Of a stretch of DNA of 36,008 bases, positions 8,441 to 17,753 are shown piece after piece (positions within the stretch are counted from its first letter, which is position 1; the number at the start of each line of letters is the position of its first letter). This DNA comes from Candidatus Neomicrothrix sp. UBA2110 (lineage in GTDB: Bacteria; Actinomycetota; Acidimicrobiia; Acidimicrobiales; Poriferisodalaceae): the NCBI GenBank assembly GCA_002331465.1, contig DCYM01000042.1:1-36008 (forward strand), given 5' to 3'. Below the pieces are notes generated by a model. The model saw nothing but the letters and a program-made list of their open reading frames with translations. It ran no database searches and was not told the DNA's origin. Both the position numbers and the translations under genes were made by a program.

Positions 8441-9352
8441 ATGACCGACACAGTGATCAGTTCAGCATCGAAAGAGGTAGTCATTGGTTTCGATCGGCCC
8501 TTCGTGATGATCGGAGAGAGGATCAATCCCACGGGACGGAAGCTTCTTGCTGAGGAAATGAAGAACGGCGATTTCTCTCGAGTGGAAGCCGACGCGTTAA
8601 GCCAGGTTGCTGCCGGTGCACACATGCTCGACGTCAACGCCGGAATTCCGTTAGCTGACGAACCTGCGTTGCTCTGCAAAGCGATTCGACTCGTACAGTC
8701 GGTGACTGATGTGCCGCTATCTATCGACTCCTCCATTATTGAGGCCTTAGAGGCAGGCATAGCCGCATACGAGGGGAAACCGCTGATCAACTCCGTTACG
8801 GGAGAACTAGAAGTAATGGAACGGATCCTCCCACTAGTGGCAAAAAGCGGCGCTGCCGTGGTTGCGATCTCCAACGATGAAACTGGGATCAGCGAGGACC
8901 CTGACGTTCGATTCGAGGTAGCGAAACGAATCGTGAGTGTTGCCAATGATTTCGGAATTCCAACAGCAGATGTAGTTGTTGACCCTTTGGTGATGCCCAT
9001 CGGAGCGATGGGCAACGCGGGCCAACAGGTTTTCCGCCTTGTCCGCCGCCTTCGAGAAGAATTAGGAGTCAATACAACCTGTGGGGCATCCAACGTGAGC
9101 TTCGGGCTCCCGAATCGCCACGCGATCACGGGAACTTTTCTGGCGATGGCCGTTGGTGCCGGAATGACGTCGGCGATCATGAACCCGCTCCATTCGGAGG
9201 TGAAATCAGCTGTCATGGGAGCGGATGTGCTTATGGGAAACGACCAGAATTGCGCGAATTGGATCAGCATTCACCGCGACCCAAACGCGACTTCAACAGT
9301 ACGCGGCGGCCGTAGAAACCGGCGACGAGGACCCACCCAAGAGACAGTCTGA
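8441..9352 (+). CDS. Methyltetrahydrofolate:corrinoid methyltransferase (pterin-binding, DHPS-like TIM barrel; MtgA/AcsE/MetH-domain-like)
   Basis: Motifs IGERINPTGRKLLAEEMKNGDF, MLDVNAG, PLSIDSS, LINSV and CGASNVSFGLPNR are typical of pterin-binding methyltransferase domains. Confidence 0.85.
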   Translation: MTDTVISSASKEVVIGFDRPFVMIGERINPTGRKLLAEEMKNGDFSRVEADALSQVAAGAHMLDVNAGIPLADEPALLCKAIRLVQSVTDVPLSIDSSIIEALEAGIAAYEGKPLINSVTGELEVMERILPLVAKSGAAVVAISNDETGISEDPDVRFEVAKRIVSVANDFGIPTADVVVDPLVMPIGAMGNAGQQVFRLVRRLREELGVNTTCGASNVSFGLPNRHAITGTFLAMAVGAGMTSAIMNPLHSEVKSAVMGADVLMGNDQNCANWISIHRDPNATSTVRGGRRNRRRGPTQETV

Positions 9353-9359
9353 GAACGTC

Positions 9360-11396
9360 ATGAGCAGCGAACATCGAGTTATCTTCACTCCGTCTGGCCT
9401 AGAAGGTCGCACATCTGAAGGAACCACCGCGCTGGATGTGGCTCGAGAGCTTGGCGTTGATCTAGACAGTGTTTGTGGAGGTAGAGGAATCTGTGGCCGC
9501 TGCCAGGTGGTGCCGTCGTTCGGAGAATTTCCCAAATGGGCGCTTCACTCGAACCCCGCTCATTTAAGTGCTCCGAACACGACGGAAGGTGCCTACAGCG
9601 GAAAGCGCTCAATGGAGCAAGGTGCCCGACTCGGATGCCAGGCGAACATTCTTGGCGACATCGTTCTCGACGTCCCGCCGGCAAGTCAACTGCATGCGGC
9701 GGTGATTAGAAAGGAAATTAACCTCGCTGGGCTCGTGCTAGATCCGATCAGCACCTTGCATGTTATTTCAATCCCCAAACCAGAGCTAGGAGCCTCTTCT
9801 TCACTTACCGAGGCAGTGCGAGCGGCCCTTGTCGAAGAGTGGTCACTTGAGGTCGACGGGTTTAAACCAGAGGCCTTGCGCTCCCTGCAAACAGCTGCCG
9901 GTCAAGCAGAGAGCATCCTGACCGTGCAAGTTCGTCGAAGCCTGATTGGGTCTAGGGTCGAATCGGTTCGACCAGGCATGTCGGTGCAGTTGTTTGGGAT
10001 CGCCGTCGATGTTGGCTCAACGACAATTGCCGGCCACCTGCTCGATTTGGCGACGGGTGAACTGCTGGCCACCGGCGGGCTTATGAACCCCCAGATCCGC
10101 TTAGGTGAAGACCTGATGAGTCGGGTGAGCTACGCGATGATGAATGCCGACGGAGACAAGGAGCTAACTCGGGTAGTTCGGACGGCGATCTCCGAACTGA
10201 TTCAGAGTCTGGTAACAGAAGCGAACGTCGACGTTACTCACGTCGCAGAGCTGGTTATGGTTGGTAACCCAGTGATGCATCATCTGCTTCTTGGCTTGGA
10301 TCCAACGCCTTTGGGACAGGCCCCATTCCTTCTCGCGACTGCCGACGCTGTTGAGCTACCTGCCAAAAATCTTGACTTTCCCACCCAGCGAGCCTCTGTT
10401 TATGTGCCTCCATGCATTGCCGGCCACGTGGGTGCCGACACCGCTGCTGTGATTTTGGCCGAAGGCCCACATCGGTCACCGGAGATGCAGCTACTTGTCG
10501 ATATTGGTACCAACGCAGAAATTGTGCTGGGCAACGAGGAACGCCTATGCGCTGCGTCAAGCCCGACAGGTCCAGCATTTGAAGGCGCCCAAATCTCTTG
10601 TGGCCAGCGAGCGATTCCTGGGGCAATCGAACGAGTGCGGATTAATCGAGAAACTTTCGAGGCTGCTATTAAGCCAATTGGCTGTGATATCTGGTCCAAT
10701 GAACCGGGTTTTCTGGAGGCGACAAAGGACACAGGTATCACAGGGATTTGTGGGTCGGGCATTGTTGAAGCGATCGCTGAAATGTTTCTCAGCGGCGTAA
10801 TGACGCGCGACGGCGTTATTTTGGATAACCGGGAGAAATGTGACTGGGTTGTGGAAAATGATCGCACCTTCTCTTACGTCCTGTACCCCGCGACAGACCA
10901 GACGCACGGGCAGCCTGTCGTCATAACCCAAAACGATGTGAGAGCGATACAACTAGCAAAAGCTGCCCTGAGAGCTGGCATTGATCTATTGATGGAGCAC
11001 GCTCAAGTACAAGAGGTAGACATGGTTCGTTTAGCTGGGGCTTTCGGTGCACACATCGACCCTGTGTACGCGATGGTTCTTGGGTTAATCCCCGACTGCG
11101 CCCTTACACAGGTTCAAGCGGTTGGTAACGCGGCTGGTAGCGGGGCTGTTCGCATGCTGATCTCACGCGAGCAACGCCTTGAAATTGAAGAAGTTGTTCA
11201 AACCGTAGAGAAAATTGAAACAGCGACAGAACCCCGCTTTCAGCAACTCTTTGTCGATGCGATGGCTTTTCCGCATGCAACATCGTCGACCCCCCACCTG
11301 AATGAATTAGTTGATTTTTCTAACGTAATTGTTGAGCCGGTAGAGGCTCGTCGTCGCAACCGGAATCGACGCCAGGGCGTCAAGAAGGAGATTTAG
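9360..11396 (+). CDS. RACo-type corrinoid reductive activase: N-terminal plant-type [2Fe-2S] ferredoxin plus ASKHA (DUF4445) ATPase domain
   Basis: The ORF-track start at 9225 overlaps the upstream gene. The in-frame ATG at 9360 gives MSSEHRVIFTPSG..CGGRGICGRCQV (2Fe-2S). The ASKHA signatures DVGSTTIAGHL and VDIGTNAEIV follow. Confidence 0.85.
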   Translation: MSSEHRVIFTPSGLEGRTSEGTTALDVARELGVDLDSVCGGRGICGRCQVVPSFGEFPKWALHSNPAHLSAPNTTEGAYSGKRSMEQGARLGCQANILGDIVLDVPPASQLHAAVIRKEINLAGLVLDPISTLHVISIPKPELGASSSLTEAVRAALVEEWSLEVDGFKPEALRSLQTAAGQAESILTVQVRRSLIGSRVESVRPGMSVQLFGIAVDVGSTTIAGHLLDLATGELLATGGLMNPQIRLGEDLMSRVSYAMMNADGDKELTRVVRTAISELIQSLVTEANVDVTHVAELVMVGNPVMHHLLLGLDPTPLGQAPFLLATADAVELPAKNLDFPTQRASVYVPPCIAGHVGADTAAVILAEGPHRSPEMQLLVDIGTNAEIVLGNEERLCAASSPTGPAFEGAQISCGQRAIPGAIERVRINRETFEAAIKPIGCDIWSNEPGFLEATKDTGITGICGSGIVEAIAEMFLSGVMTRDGVILDNREKCDWVVENDRTFSYVLYPATDQTHGQPVVITQNDVRAIQLAKAALRAGIDLLMEHAQVQEVDMVRLAGAFGAHIDPVYAMVLGLIPDCALTQVQAVGNAAGSGAVRMLISREQRLEIEEVVQTVEKIETATEPRFQQLFVDAMAFPHATSSTPHLNELVDFSNVIVEPVEARRRNRNRRQGVKKEI

Positions 11397-11397
11397 C

Positions 11398-12924
11398 GTG
11401 GCTACACGTAGAGGAGGCGGGCGAGCGGCTCGTCGTGAACTAAGAAGCGCCGCTCCCCCACCATCGGCTCCGTTTATGGAACGCAAGATGCCGCCAGTCG
11501 AGGTACTCGACGAAGAGGCGTTGGTTCAGATTGAAGAAAATGCGGAAACTATCCTGAGTGAAATCGGCATAGCGTTCCAAGAGTTCCCCGAAGCCCTCGA
11601 CTTGTGGCGCGGTGCAGGCGCTGAGGTTGAGGGAGATTTAGTTAAGTTTCCCAAAGGGCTATGTCGGCAGTTAGTTAAGGAATCTGCTCCGAGTATTTAC
11701 ACCCAACACGCTCGCAATCCGCAACGTTCCGTTCAGATTGGCGGCAACAACACAGTATTCGCCCCGAACTATGGATCACCTTTCGTGACAGATCTAGACC
11801 TCGGGCGCCGATACGCCACCCTGGAAGATTTCCAGAACGTGGTGAAACTTACATACAGCCTTCCAAATCTTCATCACAGCGGGGGCACCGTTGTCGAACC
11901 AGTTGATGTTCCAGTCAACAAACGACACCTCGACATGGTCTATTCACATTTGAAGTTCAGTGACAAGCCTCTGATGGGTTCGGTGACGGCCCCTGAAAGA
12001 GCTGTCGATTCTATCGAATTGTGTCGCCTTGCCTTCGGCGGAGATCTCAGTGACCGCACTGTTACCACCAGCCTCATCAATGCGTCTTCACCCCTGCGTT
12101 GGGATGCCACCATGTTGGGAGCAGCGAAGGTTTATGCTGAGAATAATCAAGCTTGCGTGATCTCACCGTTCATTTTGGCGGGTGCCATGTCGCCGGTCAC
12201 CGTGGCTGGGTTGGCTGCGCAAGCGTTGGCCGAAGCCCTTTCGGGCATGGCGTTTTGTCAACTTGTGAGGCCAGGCGCACCAGTGGTTTTTGGCACATTC
12301 GCCTCGTCTATGTCCATGGCGACCGGCGCGCCTACTTTCGGAACGCCCGAAGCAGGCCTAGCGATATATGTAATGGCCGCGCTTGCGAGACGAGTTGGTG
12401 TGCCGTTTCGTTCCGGGGGGCAAATGACTTCATCGAAGAGCCCTGACGCCCAAGCAGCTTACGAGTCACTCGCGACCCTGCTGCCCACGATGCAAGCGGG
12501 CGTAAATTTTGTTCTTCACGCTGCCGGCTGGATAGAGGGCGGGCTTGCTCTCAGCTACGAGAAGTTGGTGATGGATGCGGACCAACTGGGCATGATGCAG
12601 GTGTACGCGGACGGCGTGGACATGACTGAAAACGGGCAAGCCATGGATGCCTTTAGGACTAACCCGCATGGGCAACATTTCCTTGGGAATCCCCACACGT
12701 TGGAAAATTTCGAGTCTGCTTTCTATAGATCCCAAATTGCCGACAACAACAGTTACGAACAGTGGTTTGAGGAAGGCGAGAAGACCGCTGCACAGCGAGC
12801 GAACGAGATCTGGAAACAAATGTTGGCAGACTACGAACCACCACCACTCGATGAAGCGGTTGACTTGGCGATGCTTGACTACATGGCCCGCCGTAAGAGT
12901 GAAGAACCCGATGCGATTGGCTGA
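11398..12924 (+). CDS. MttB-superfamily (trimethylamine methyltransferase family) corrinoid-dependent methyltransferase, non-pyrrolysine type; quaternary amine (likely glycine betaine) substrate
   Basis: 508 aa with no internal TAG. AAGGAG lies 7 nt upstream of the GTG at 11398. The N-terminal RRGGGRAARR and the overall length and composition are typical of non-Pyl MttB homologues. It is the last gene of the corrinoid operon. Confidence 0.85.
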   Translation: MATRRGGGRAARRELRSAAPPPSAPFMERKMPPVEVLDEEALVQIEENAETILSEIGIAFQEFPEALDLWRGAGAEVEGDLVKFPKGLCRQLVKESAPSIYTQHARNPQRSVQIGGNNTVFAPNYGSPFVTDLDLGRRYATLEDFQNVVKLTYSLPNLHHSGGTVVEPVDVPVNKRHLDMVYSHLKFSDKPLMGSVTAPERAVDSIELCRLAFGGDLSDRTVTTSLINASSPLRWDATMLGAAKVYAENNQACVISPFILAGAMSPVTVAGLAAQALAEALSGMAFCQLVRPGAPVVFGTFASSMSMATGAPTFGTPEAGLAIYVMAALARRVGVPFRSGGQMTSSKSPDAQAAYESLATLLPTMQAGVNFVLHAAGWIEGGLALSYEKLVMDADQLGMMQVYADGVDMTENGQAMDAFRTNPHGQHFLGNPHTLENFESAFYRSQIADNNSYEQWFEEGEKTAAQRANEIWKQMLADYEPPPLDEAVDLAMLDYMARRKSEEPDAIG

Positions 12925-13752
12925 TCAGCCGCCGACTACCGCAGCTGTGCCTACTATCGCCATCGCGATGCCCCAGATCTGTCTTGCACTGGCTTGGTCG
13001 TTGTACGCAAATACTCCAACCAAGACGCTGAAAACCGGAAACAGAGACATAGCCACGACGGTGGCCAGAGGATCGAACTGCAGCCCGAGAAAACATGTGA
13101 TGCTGGCGCATCCGGCGAACACGCCAGCGACAAGTGCAGCCAAGCGTGTCCCGGACGGCGGTGTCATGGATGCGCGTGCGGTCATTGCGACGGGAACCAT
13201 GACTGCGAAGGCAAGTAAACGTTGGCTCGCGAGAACCCATGTCCCGCCGTTACCGGTCACGTTGAGTAGGACTGTTACCCCGAATCCGTACCCGAGTCCC
13301 GAACTCGACCCCCACAAGACTCCACTTTTGATTCTTCCCCCAACCTCCCCATCGGTGGTGACCATCACCAAACCCGCTAACGCTACGACGACGCCGATTG
13401 AGCCGAGTTGGGAAACACCTTGACCAATGGCGAGAACCCATATGAATGGCACACAAGTTGCTATGACCGCTGTTACGGGAGCCACCACGGCCGATGTCGT
13501 ATTTTTGAGACCGAAGTAGTAGCAGCAAAGTCCGGTGGCGAACCCGAGTCCTGATGCAGCGCCTAATGCAAGATCCCGGTATTCAGGTTTGCCGCGCCAT
13601 ATTAGGAGAGAGAGTGCCACGGTGACAGCACCAAAACCCTGCATCGCCGCTGCGCTGGTGATGGGTGAAGAACGGATTGAGACGCGCCTGCCGAATAGAT
13701 CCCCCAGACCTATCAAAAGAGCCGTCAAGAGGCCGAATGCTGCGCCGATCAC
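12925..13752 (-). CDS. DMT/EamA-family integral membrane transporter
   Basis: 275 aa with about 10 hydrophobic segments rich in Gly/Ala/Val, and a two-fold internal organisation typical of EamA. Its stop abuts the mttB stop. Confidence 0.65.
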   Translation of the reverse strand: MIGAAFGLLTALLIGLGDLFGRRVSIRSSPITSAAAMQGFGAVTVALSLLIWRGKPEYRDLALGAASGLGFATGLCCYYFGLKNTTSAVVAPVTAVIATCVPFIWVLAIGQGVSQLGSIGVVVALAGLVMVTTDGEVGGRIKSGVLWGSSSGLGYGFGVTVLLNVTGNGGTWVLASQRLLAFAVMVPVAMTARASMTPPSGTRLAALVAGVFAGCASITCFLGLQFDPLATVVAMSLFPVFSVLVGVFAYNDQASARQIWGIAMAIVGTAAVVGG

Positions 13753-13823
13753 TGACGTCTAATGGGGGTAGCCACGAAGGTGAGGGTACGCTGCCCATCG
13801 GTTAGCGGCTCGCGGAGAAACAG

Positions 13824-15497
13824 ATGACGAAAGCCTTGCGACGCGAAAAAGAAATCACTTACGACTTTGTCATTGTCGGTGGTGGTTCGGCAGGGTGCGC
13901 CCTCGCCAACCGTTTAAGTGAAGACGCCTCCACTGATGTGCTGCTGCTAGAAGCGGGACGCCCTGATTATATTTGGGACCCGTTCATCCACATGCCTGCT
14001 GCTTTTGCTTTTCCTATCGGTTCCCGTTTTTATGACTGGAGATATGAGTCAGAGCCCGAAGCGTCAATGAATGGCCGCCGTGTGTACCACGCTCGCGGGA
14101 AGGTGCTCGGTGGGAGCTCAAGCATCAACGGGATGATTTTTCAACGCGGTAATCCGCTAGATATGGAGAGGTGGTCGCAGCAACCAGGGATGGAAACATG
14201 GGATTACGCGCACACTCTCCCCTACTTCAAACGACTTGAGACCTGCCTTGCTGGCGGAGACCAATGGCGGGGCGATGTCGGTCCACTAAAACTTGAACGC
14301 GGCCCCGCTAAGGGACCGCTGTTCGAGGCGTTCTTCCTTGCATGTCAACAGGCCGGGTACTCGATGACCACCGACGTCAACGGATATCGACAAGAAGGGT
14401 TTGCGGCTTTTGATCGAAACATCTACCGCGGTCGACGGCTGAGTGCTGCACGGGCATACCTTCATCCGGTCATGAGCAGACCCAATCTTGTTGTCCGAAC
14501 GCGAACACACACGACTCGTTTATTGACTGAACACCAATGTGTTGTGGGGGTAGAGGCTGTTGAACGTTCAATGTTCGGCCGGCAGGGAAAGCCGGTTGAG
14601 TACCGGGCTAGGAACGTAATTTGTTGCGCTGGGGCGCTCAACACCCCTCAATTGCTTCAATTGAGTGGCATCGGTCCAAAGAAAATACTGGAAAAAGTCG
14701 GTATTCCAGTGGTCGCAGACCTACCCGGTGTGGGCGAGAACCTCCAAGATCACTTGGAGGTGTACATTCAGCACTCGTCGTTACAGCCCATTACCCAGCA
14801 ACCAAATTTATCGGTAGGGAGGCGGCCGTTGATCGGTCTTCAATGGTTGTTTCGGCGTGGACCAGCGACCTCAAACCATTTCGAAGCAGGTGGATTCGTT
14901 CGCAGCAATAGAGAGGCGTCTTACCCGAACCTAATGATGCATTTTTTGCCACTGGCAGTGCGATACGACGGCGAGGTCGCGAAAACCGACCATGGTTACC
15001 AGGTACACGTCGGCCCGATGTACGCAGACACGCGAGGGTCAGTGATGATCCAGTCCGATGACCCCTTCGTGAAGCCTCAGATCCGTTTCAATTATCTCAG
15101 TACTTGGAATGACTGCAGAGAGTGGATCGCGGCTGTGAAAACTGCTCGCAACGTTCTAAAGCAGCCCGCGTTCGACGAAATCAACGGGGGAGAACTGTCC
15201 CCCGGTCCGAATGTAGAAACTGACGAAGACATATTGGATTGGGTTCGACGCGATGCTGAAACAGCGCTCCACCCGTGTGGAACAGCGCGGATGGGTTTGG
15301 AAGCCCACGCGGTGGTGGACCCTAAGACAATGGGTGTTCATTCGATTAAGGGGCTCAAGGTGGTCGATGCTTCAGTCATGCCGTTCATCACCAATGGCAA
15401 TATCTACGCTCCAACCATGATGATCGCGGAAAAAGCAGCTGATTTGATCCTAGGGAATACTCCCCTAGAGCCGGAAGAGCCGGGTTTTCATCAATAA
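13824..15497 (+). CDS. betA: Choline dehydrogenase (GMC oxidoreductase)
   Basis: Strong resemblance to E. coli BetA along its length: [90 protein letters not shown]. Confidence 0.9.
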   Translation: MTKALRREKEITYDFVIVGGGSAGCALANRLSEDASTDVLLLEAGRPDYIWDPFIHMPAAFAFPIGSRFYDWRYESEPEASMNGRRVYHARGKVLGGSSSINGMIFQRGNPLDMERWSQQPGMETWDYAHTLPYFKRLETCLAGGDQWRGDVGPLKLERGPAKGPLFEAFFLACQQAGYSMTTDVNGYRQEGFAAFDRNIYRGRRLSAARAYLHPVMSRPNLVVRTRTHTTRLLTEHQCVVGVEAVERSMFGRQGKPVEYRARNVICCAGALNTPQLLQLSGIGPKKILEKVGIPVVADLPGVGENLQDHLEVYIQHSSLQPITQQPNLSVGRRPLIGLQWLFRRGPATSNHFEAGGFVRSNREASYPNLMMHFLPLAVRYDGEVAKTDHGYQVHVGPMYADTRGSVMIQSDDPFVKPQIRFNYLSTWNDCREWIAAVKTARNVLKQPAFDEINGGELSPGPNVETDEDILDWVRRDAETALHPCGTARMGLEAHAVVDPKTMGVHSIKGLKVVDASVMPFITNGNIYAPTMMIAEKAADLILGNTPLEPEEPGFHQ

Positions 15498-15533
15498 GTG
15501 TCTTACAACTTCACGCTGGAGGGGCGGTCTCAT

Positions 15534-16763
15534 TCAGTGTCGACGTCGATATAGCAAAGCAACGACCATTCTCGATGCCCGTAACGGAAAGGGCTGAAAA
15601 CGGCTCTGTTCCTCGACTGGAGGAGCGTCATGGAGAAACACGCGATACAACAAATATGCGGTCATGACAACGAAAATCACCGCCGGCACGCAAAAGTACA
15701 TATTGAGGGAAGCACTCATTGCGGGTGCGGCGACCAAGGGTCCGACAAAAGCACCAACCCCATGTACTCGGACAAGCAGCGCCGCTGCACCTGTCATTTG
15801 CTCTGTTCGGAGCCAGTCATTGGTGTACGCGACCGTGATTGAGTAGATGGGGAAAGCCATCCCACCGATGAGGCCTAGGCAAACTATCGAAACAAGTCCC
15901 GCCCCACTGATCGCCAGCATCACAAAGCACATAGCCGCCGCCGCCGCGGATGCTGCCGTCAGGACGCCACGGCGAGGTACTCGGTCAGATAAACGTCCAA
16001 GAGGGATCTGGAGAAGCACGGACCCCAGAAGAGGCGCTCCGACAAAGTTTGCGATTGTAATTGCTCCCCACCCGTTTGCCGCTCCATAGACGGGGCCGAG
16101 GCCAATGATGATCCCTAGAGACATGCCCGAAAGGAAACAGACGACGAGGCCTGTCGGCACAATCGAATACAGAGCGCGCAGAGTAAAGGGTTCCGGTACA
16201 GCTACCGGTGGAGCCGTTCTGCTTGACAGCGCTATAGGCACAAGTGCCATTGAAACCATCACCGATGCGACCGCAAAGAGCGTGAAGCCGCTTGTGGTGG
16301 CGAGTCCAATGACATACTGGCCACTCATCGTGGCGCCTACCGCGATGACCGTGTACACGCTCAGTATGCGGCCTCGGGATTGGTTGGTGGCCAGGTCATT
16401 TAGCCAGGACTCCGCAACGACATATAGCGCGGCGCAGCACACTCCGAAGGCAAGGCGACACAAACCCCAACTGATCGGGCTTATCCAAAGTCCCTGCAGG
16501 AGAACGATGCTGGAGGCAGTTGAGGCCAAGCCCGCGAAAGTACGAATGTGACCCACTTTGGCTAGGGCGTGTCCTACGAATCGGGTCCCCACCATAAAGC
16601 CCGCGTAATAGAGGGCCATTACGAGGGATGCGGTAAGCGTGCTAAATCCAGCTTCCTCTGCTCGCAAACCCAGCAGGGGACGTTGAAGGCCCACCCCTGC
16701 CTGCAACAGCGCTATGCCTAAGAAAAGAGACCACGCGTTGGAAGTGATGGAGGGTTTCGGCAC
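15534..16763 (-). CDS. MFS transporter
   Basis: 409 aa with about 12 predicted TM segments. An MFS-like loop motif (LGRLSDRVPRRG) lies between helices. Confidence 0.75.
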   Translation of the reverse strand: MPKPSITSNAWSLFLGIALLQAGVGLQRPLLGLRAEEAGFSTLTASLVMALYYAGFMVGTRFVGHALAKVGHIRTFAGLASTASSIVLLQGLWISPISWGLCRLAFGVCCAALYVVAESWLNDLATNQSRGRILSVYTVIAVGATMSGQYVIGLATTSGFTLFAVASVMVSMALVPIALSSRTAPPVAVPEPFTLRALYSIVPTGLVVCFLSGMSLGIIIGLGPVYGAANGWGAITIANFVGAPLLGSVLLQIPLGRLSDRVPRRGVLTAASAAAAAMCFVMLAISGAGLVSIVCLGLIGGMAFPIYSITVAYTNDWLRTEQMTGAAALLVRVHGVGAFVGPLVAAPAMSASLNMYFCVPAVIFVVMTAYLLYRVFLHDAPPVEEQSRFQPFPLRASRMVVALLYRRRH

Positions 16764-16886
16764 CGGGTCCCCCCCTTCTGGAGTGGGTGTTGCTAAATGG
16801 AGGCCGGGGGGCAGAATTATGCCGTTCGGATCGGCTTGTTGTTGATTAGGCGGGCAATTATTTTAGTTATCTTCTCGCTCGCCGAG

Positions 16887-17753
16887 TCAGGGTGCTTCTC
16901 TCGGTTTGAATTCAGGAGCATGGACGTACTGCCACCCAAAGCGGCCCTTGATGCATAGATGGCCTGAAGTTACTGAATGGTCGGACGGCGAGGTGACCTT
17001 AACTATGTGATTGTCTTGCGTGTGAAGTTCCAGGCTGCAACCCACACCGCAATACGAACAGACGGTTTCGGTTACTGTTTGCTCCGACGGTCGCCAGTCG
17101 TTGGCATCGCGAAGATCGAACTCAGTTTTAAATTGCAGAGCGTTGGTGGGACACACTCCGACGCAGTTTCCGCAATACACACATGCAGATTCTGGGAGCG
17201 GCACTTCATATTCAGTAGAGACCCGAGCATCGAAGCCGCGGCCAGCGATAGCGATAGCAAAAGTGTGTTGGGCATCATCTCCGCACGCCTCAACGCACTT
17301 GTAGCAAAGGACGCACTTGTCGTAAGCGCGAACGAAGAGATCATCTTCAATTTTAATTTGGTCTTCAATTTTAGCTGGGGCTTTGTATCGCTCAGTGTCA
17401 ACGTCGTACATCTCCGACCAGGCCACCAGATCGGGGCTTTGCGACAGGTCGTTACTAGACGCCAAGAACTCTAAAACCATCTTTCGGCTCCGATGGACGC
17501 GGTCGGTGTCCGTCAGAATTTGTGCACCGTCTTCACATACCCGAGAGCATGACGAAACCAACGTCCGGGACCCTTGTTGTTCGACGACGCAAAGCCTGCA
17601 TGCATTGGCAGGTGTGAGATTCTCAGCCCAACAAAGAGTCGGTATCTCTATCCCTGCTGAGTTTGCTGCCTGGAGAAGCGTCGTTCCCCCCTCAACTCTG
17701 ACCTTTATGCCGTTGATGTGTACCGAGACTTGGGAATCGCCTTGTTCTTTCAT
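16887..17753 (-). CDS. Formate dehydrogenase Fe-S module (NuoG/FdsA N-terminal-like): [2Fe-2S], His/Cys [4Fe-4S], 2x[4Fe-4S] ferredoxin, plus the MopB FS0 [4Fe-4S] domain, with no molybdopterin domain
   Basis: VHINGIKVRVEGGTTLLQAA..CRLCVVE (2Fe-2S); CVLCYKCVEAC and CVYCGNCVGVCP (ferredoxin clusters); C-terminal CSYCGVGCSLE...GHLCIKGRFGWQYV (Molybdop_Fe4S4-type motif). The protein ends about 15 aa after that motif. ATGA overlap with the upstream gene. Confidence 0.85.
   Translation of the reverse strand: MKEQGDSQVSVHINGIKVRVEGGTTLLQAANSAGIEIPTLCWAENLTPANACRLCVVEQQGSRTLVSSCSRVCEDGAQILTDTDRVHRSRKMVLEFLASSNDLSQSPDLVAWSEMYDVDTERYKAPAKIEDQIKIEDDLFVRAYDKCVLCYKCVEACGDDAQHTFAIAIAGRGFDARVSTEYEVPLPESACVYCGNCVGVCPTNALQFKTEFDLRDANDWRPSEQTVTETVCSYCGVGCSLELHTQDNHIVKVTSPSDHSVTSGHLCIKGRFGWQYVHAPEFKPREAP
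17344..17373 (-). repeat. In-frame 18-nt-period direct repeat (12 nt identical) inside the Fe-S module linker
   Basis: TCTTCAATTTTA occurs at 17344-17355 and again at 17362-17373. It encodes KIEDQ-IKIEDD. Confidence 0.6.

Noticed and set aside
8359-9270. 303-aa minus-strand ORF mirroring the THF methyltransferase gene
   Set aside because: It is antisense to a gene with clear pterin-binding methyltransferase motifs. Its product is Ser/Thr/Ala-rich low-complexity sequence without recognisable motifs, a typical GC-rich antisense artefact.
11394-11400. Possible pyrrolysine (TAG) usage: TAG read-through from the RACo gene into mttB, or an internal amber codon in mttB
   Set aside because: The RACo TAG stop and the mttB GTG are in different frames. 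The mttB ORF is uninterrupted over 508 codons. This is a non-Pyl MttB homologue.
12647-13423. 258-aa plus-strand ORF spanning the mttB 3' end and the EamA gene (also 12659..13240 minus, 193 aa)
   Set aside because: It overlaps two well-supported genes. Its composition is Pro/Thr/Arg-rich with no motifs or plausible RBS.
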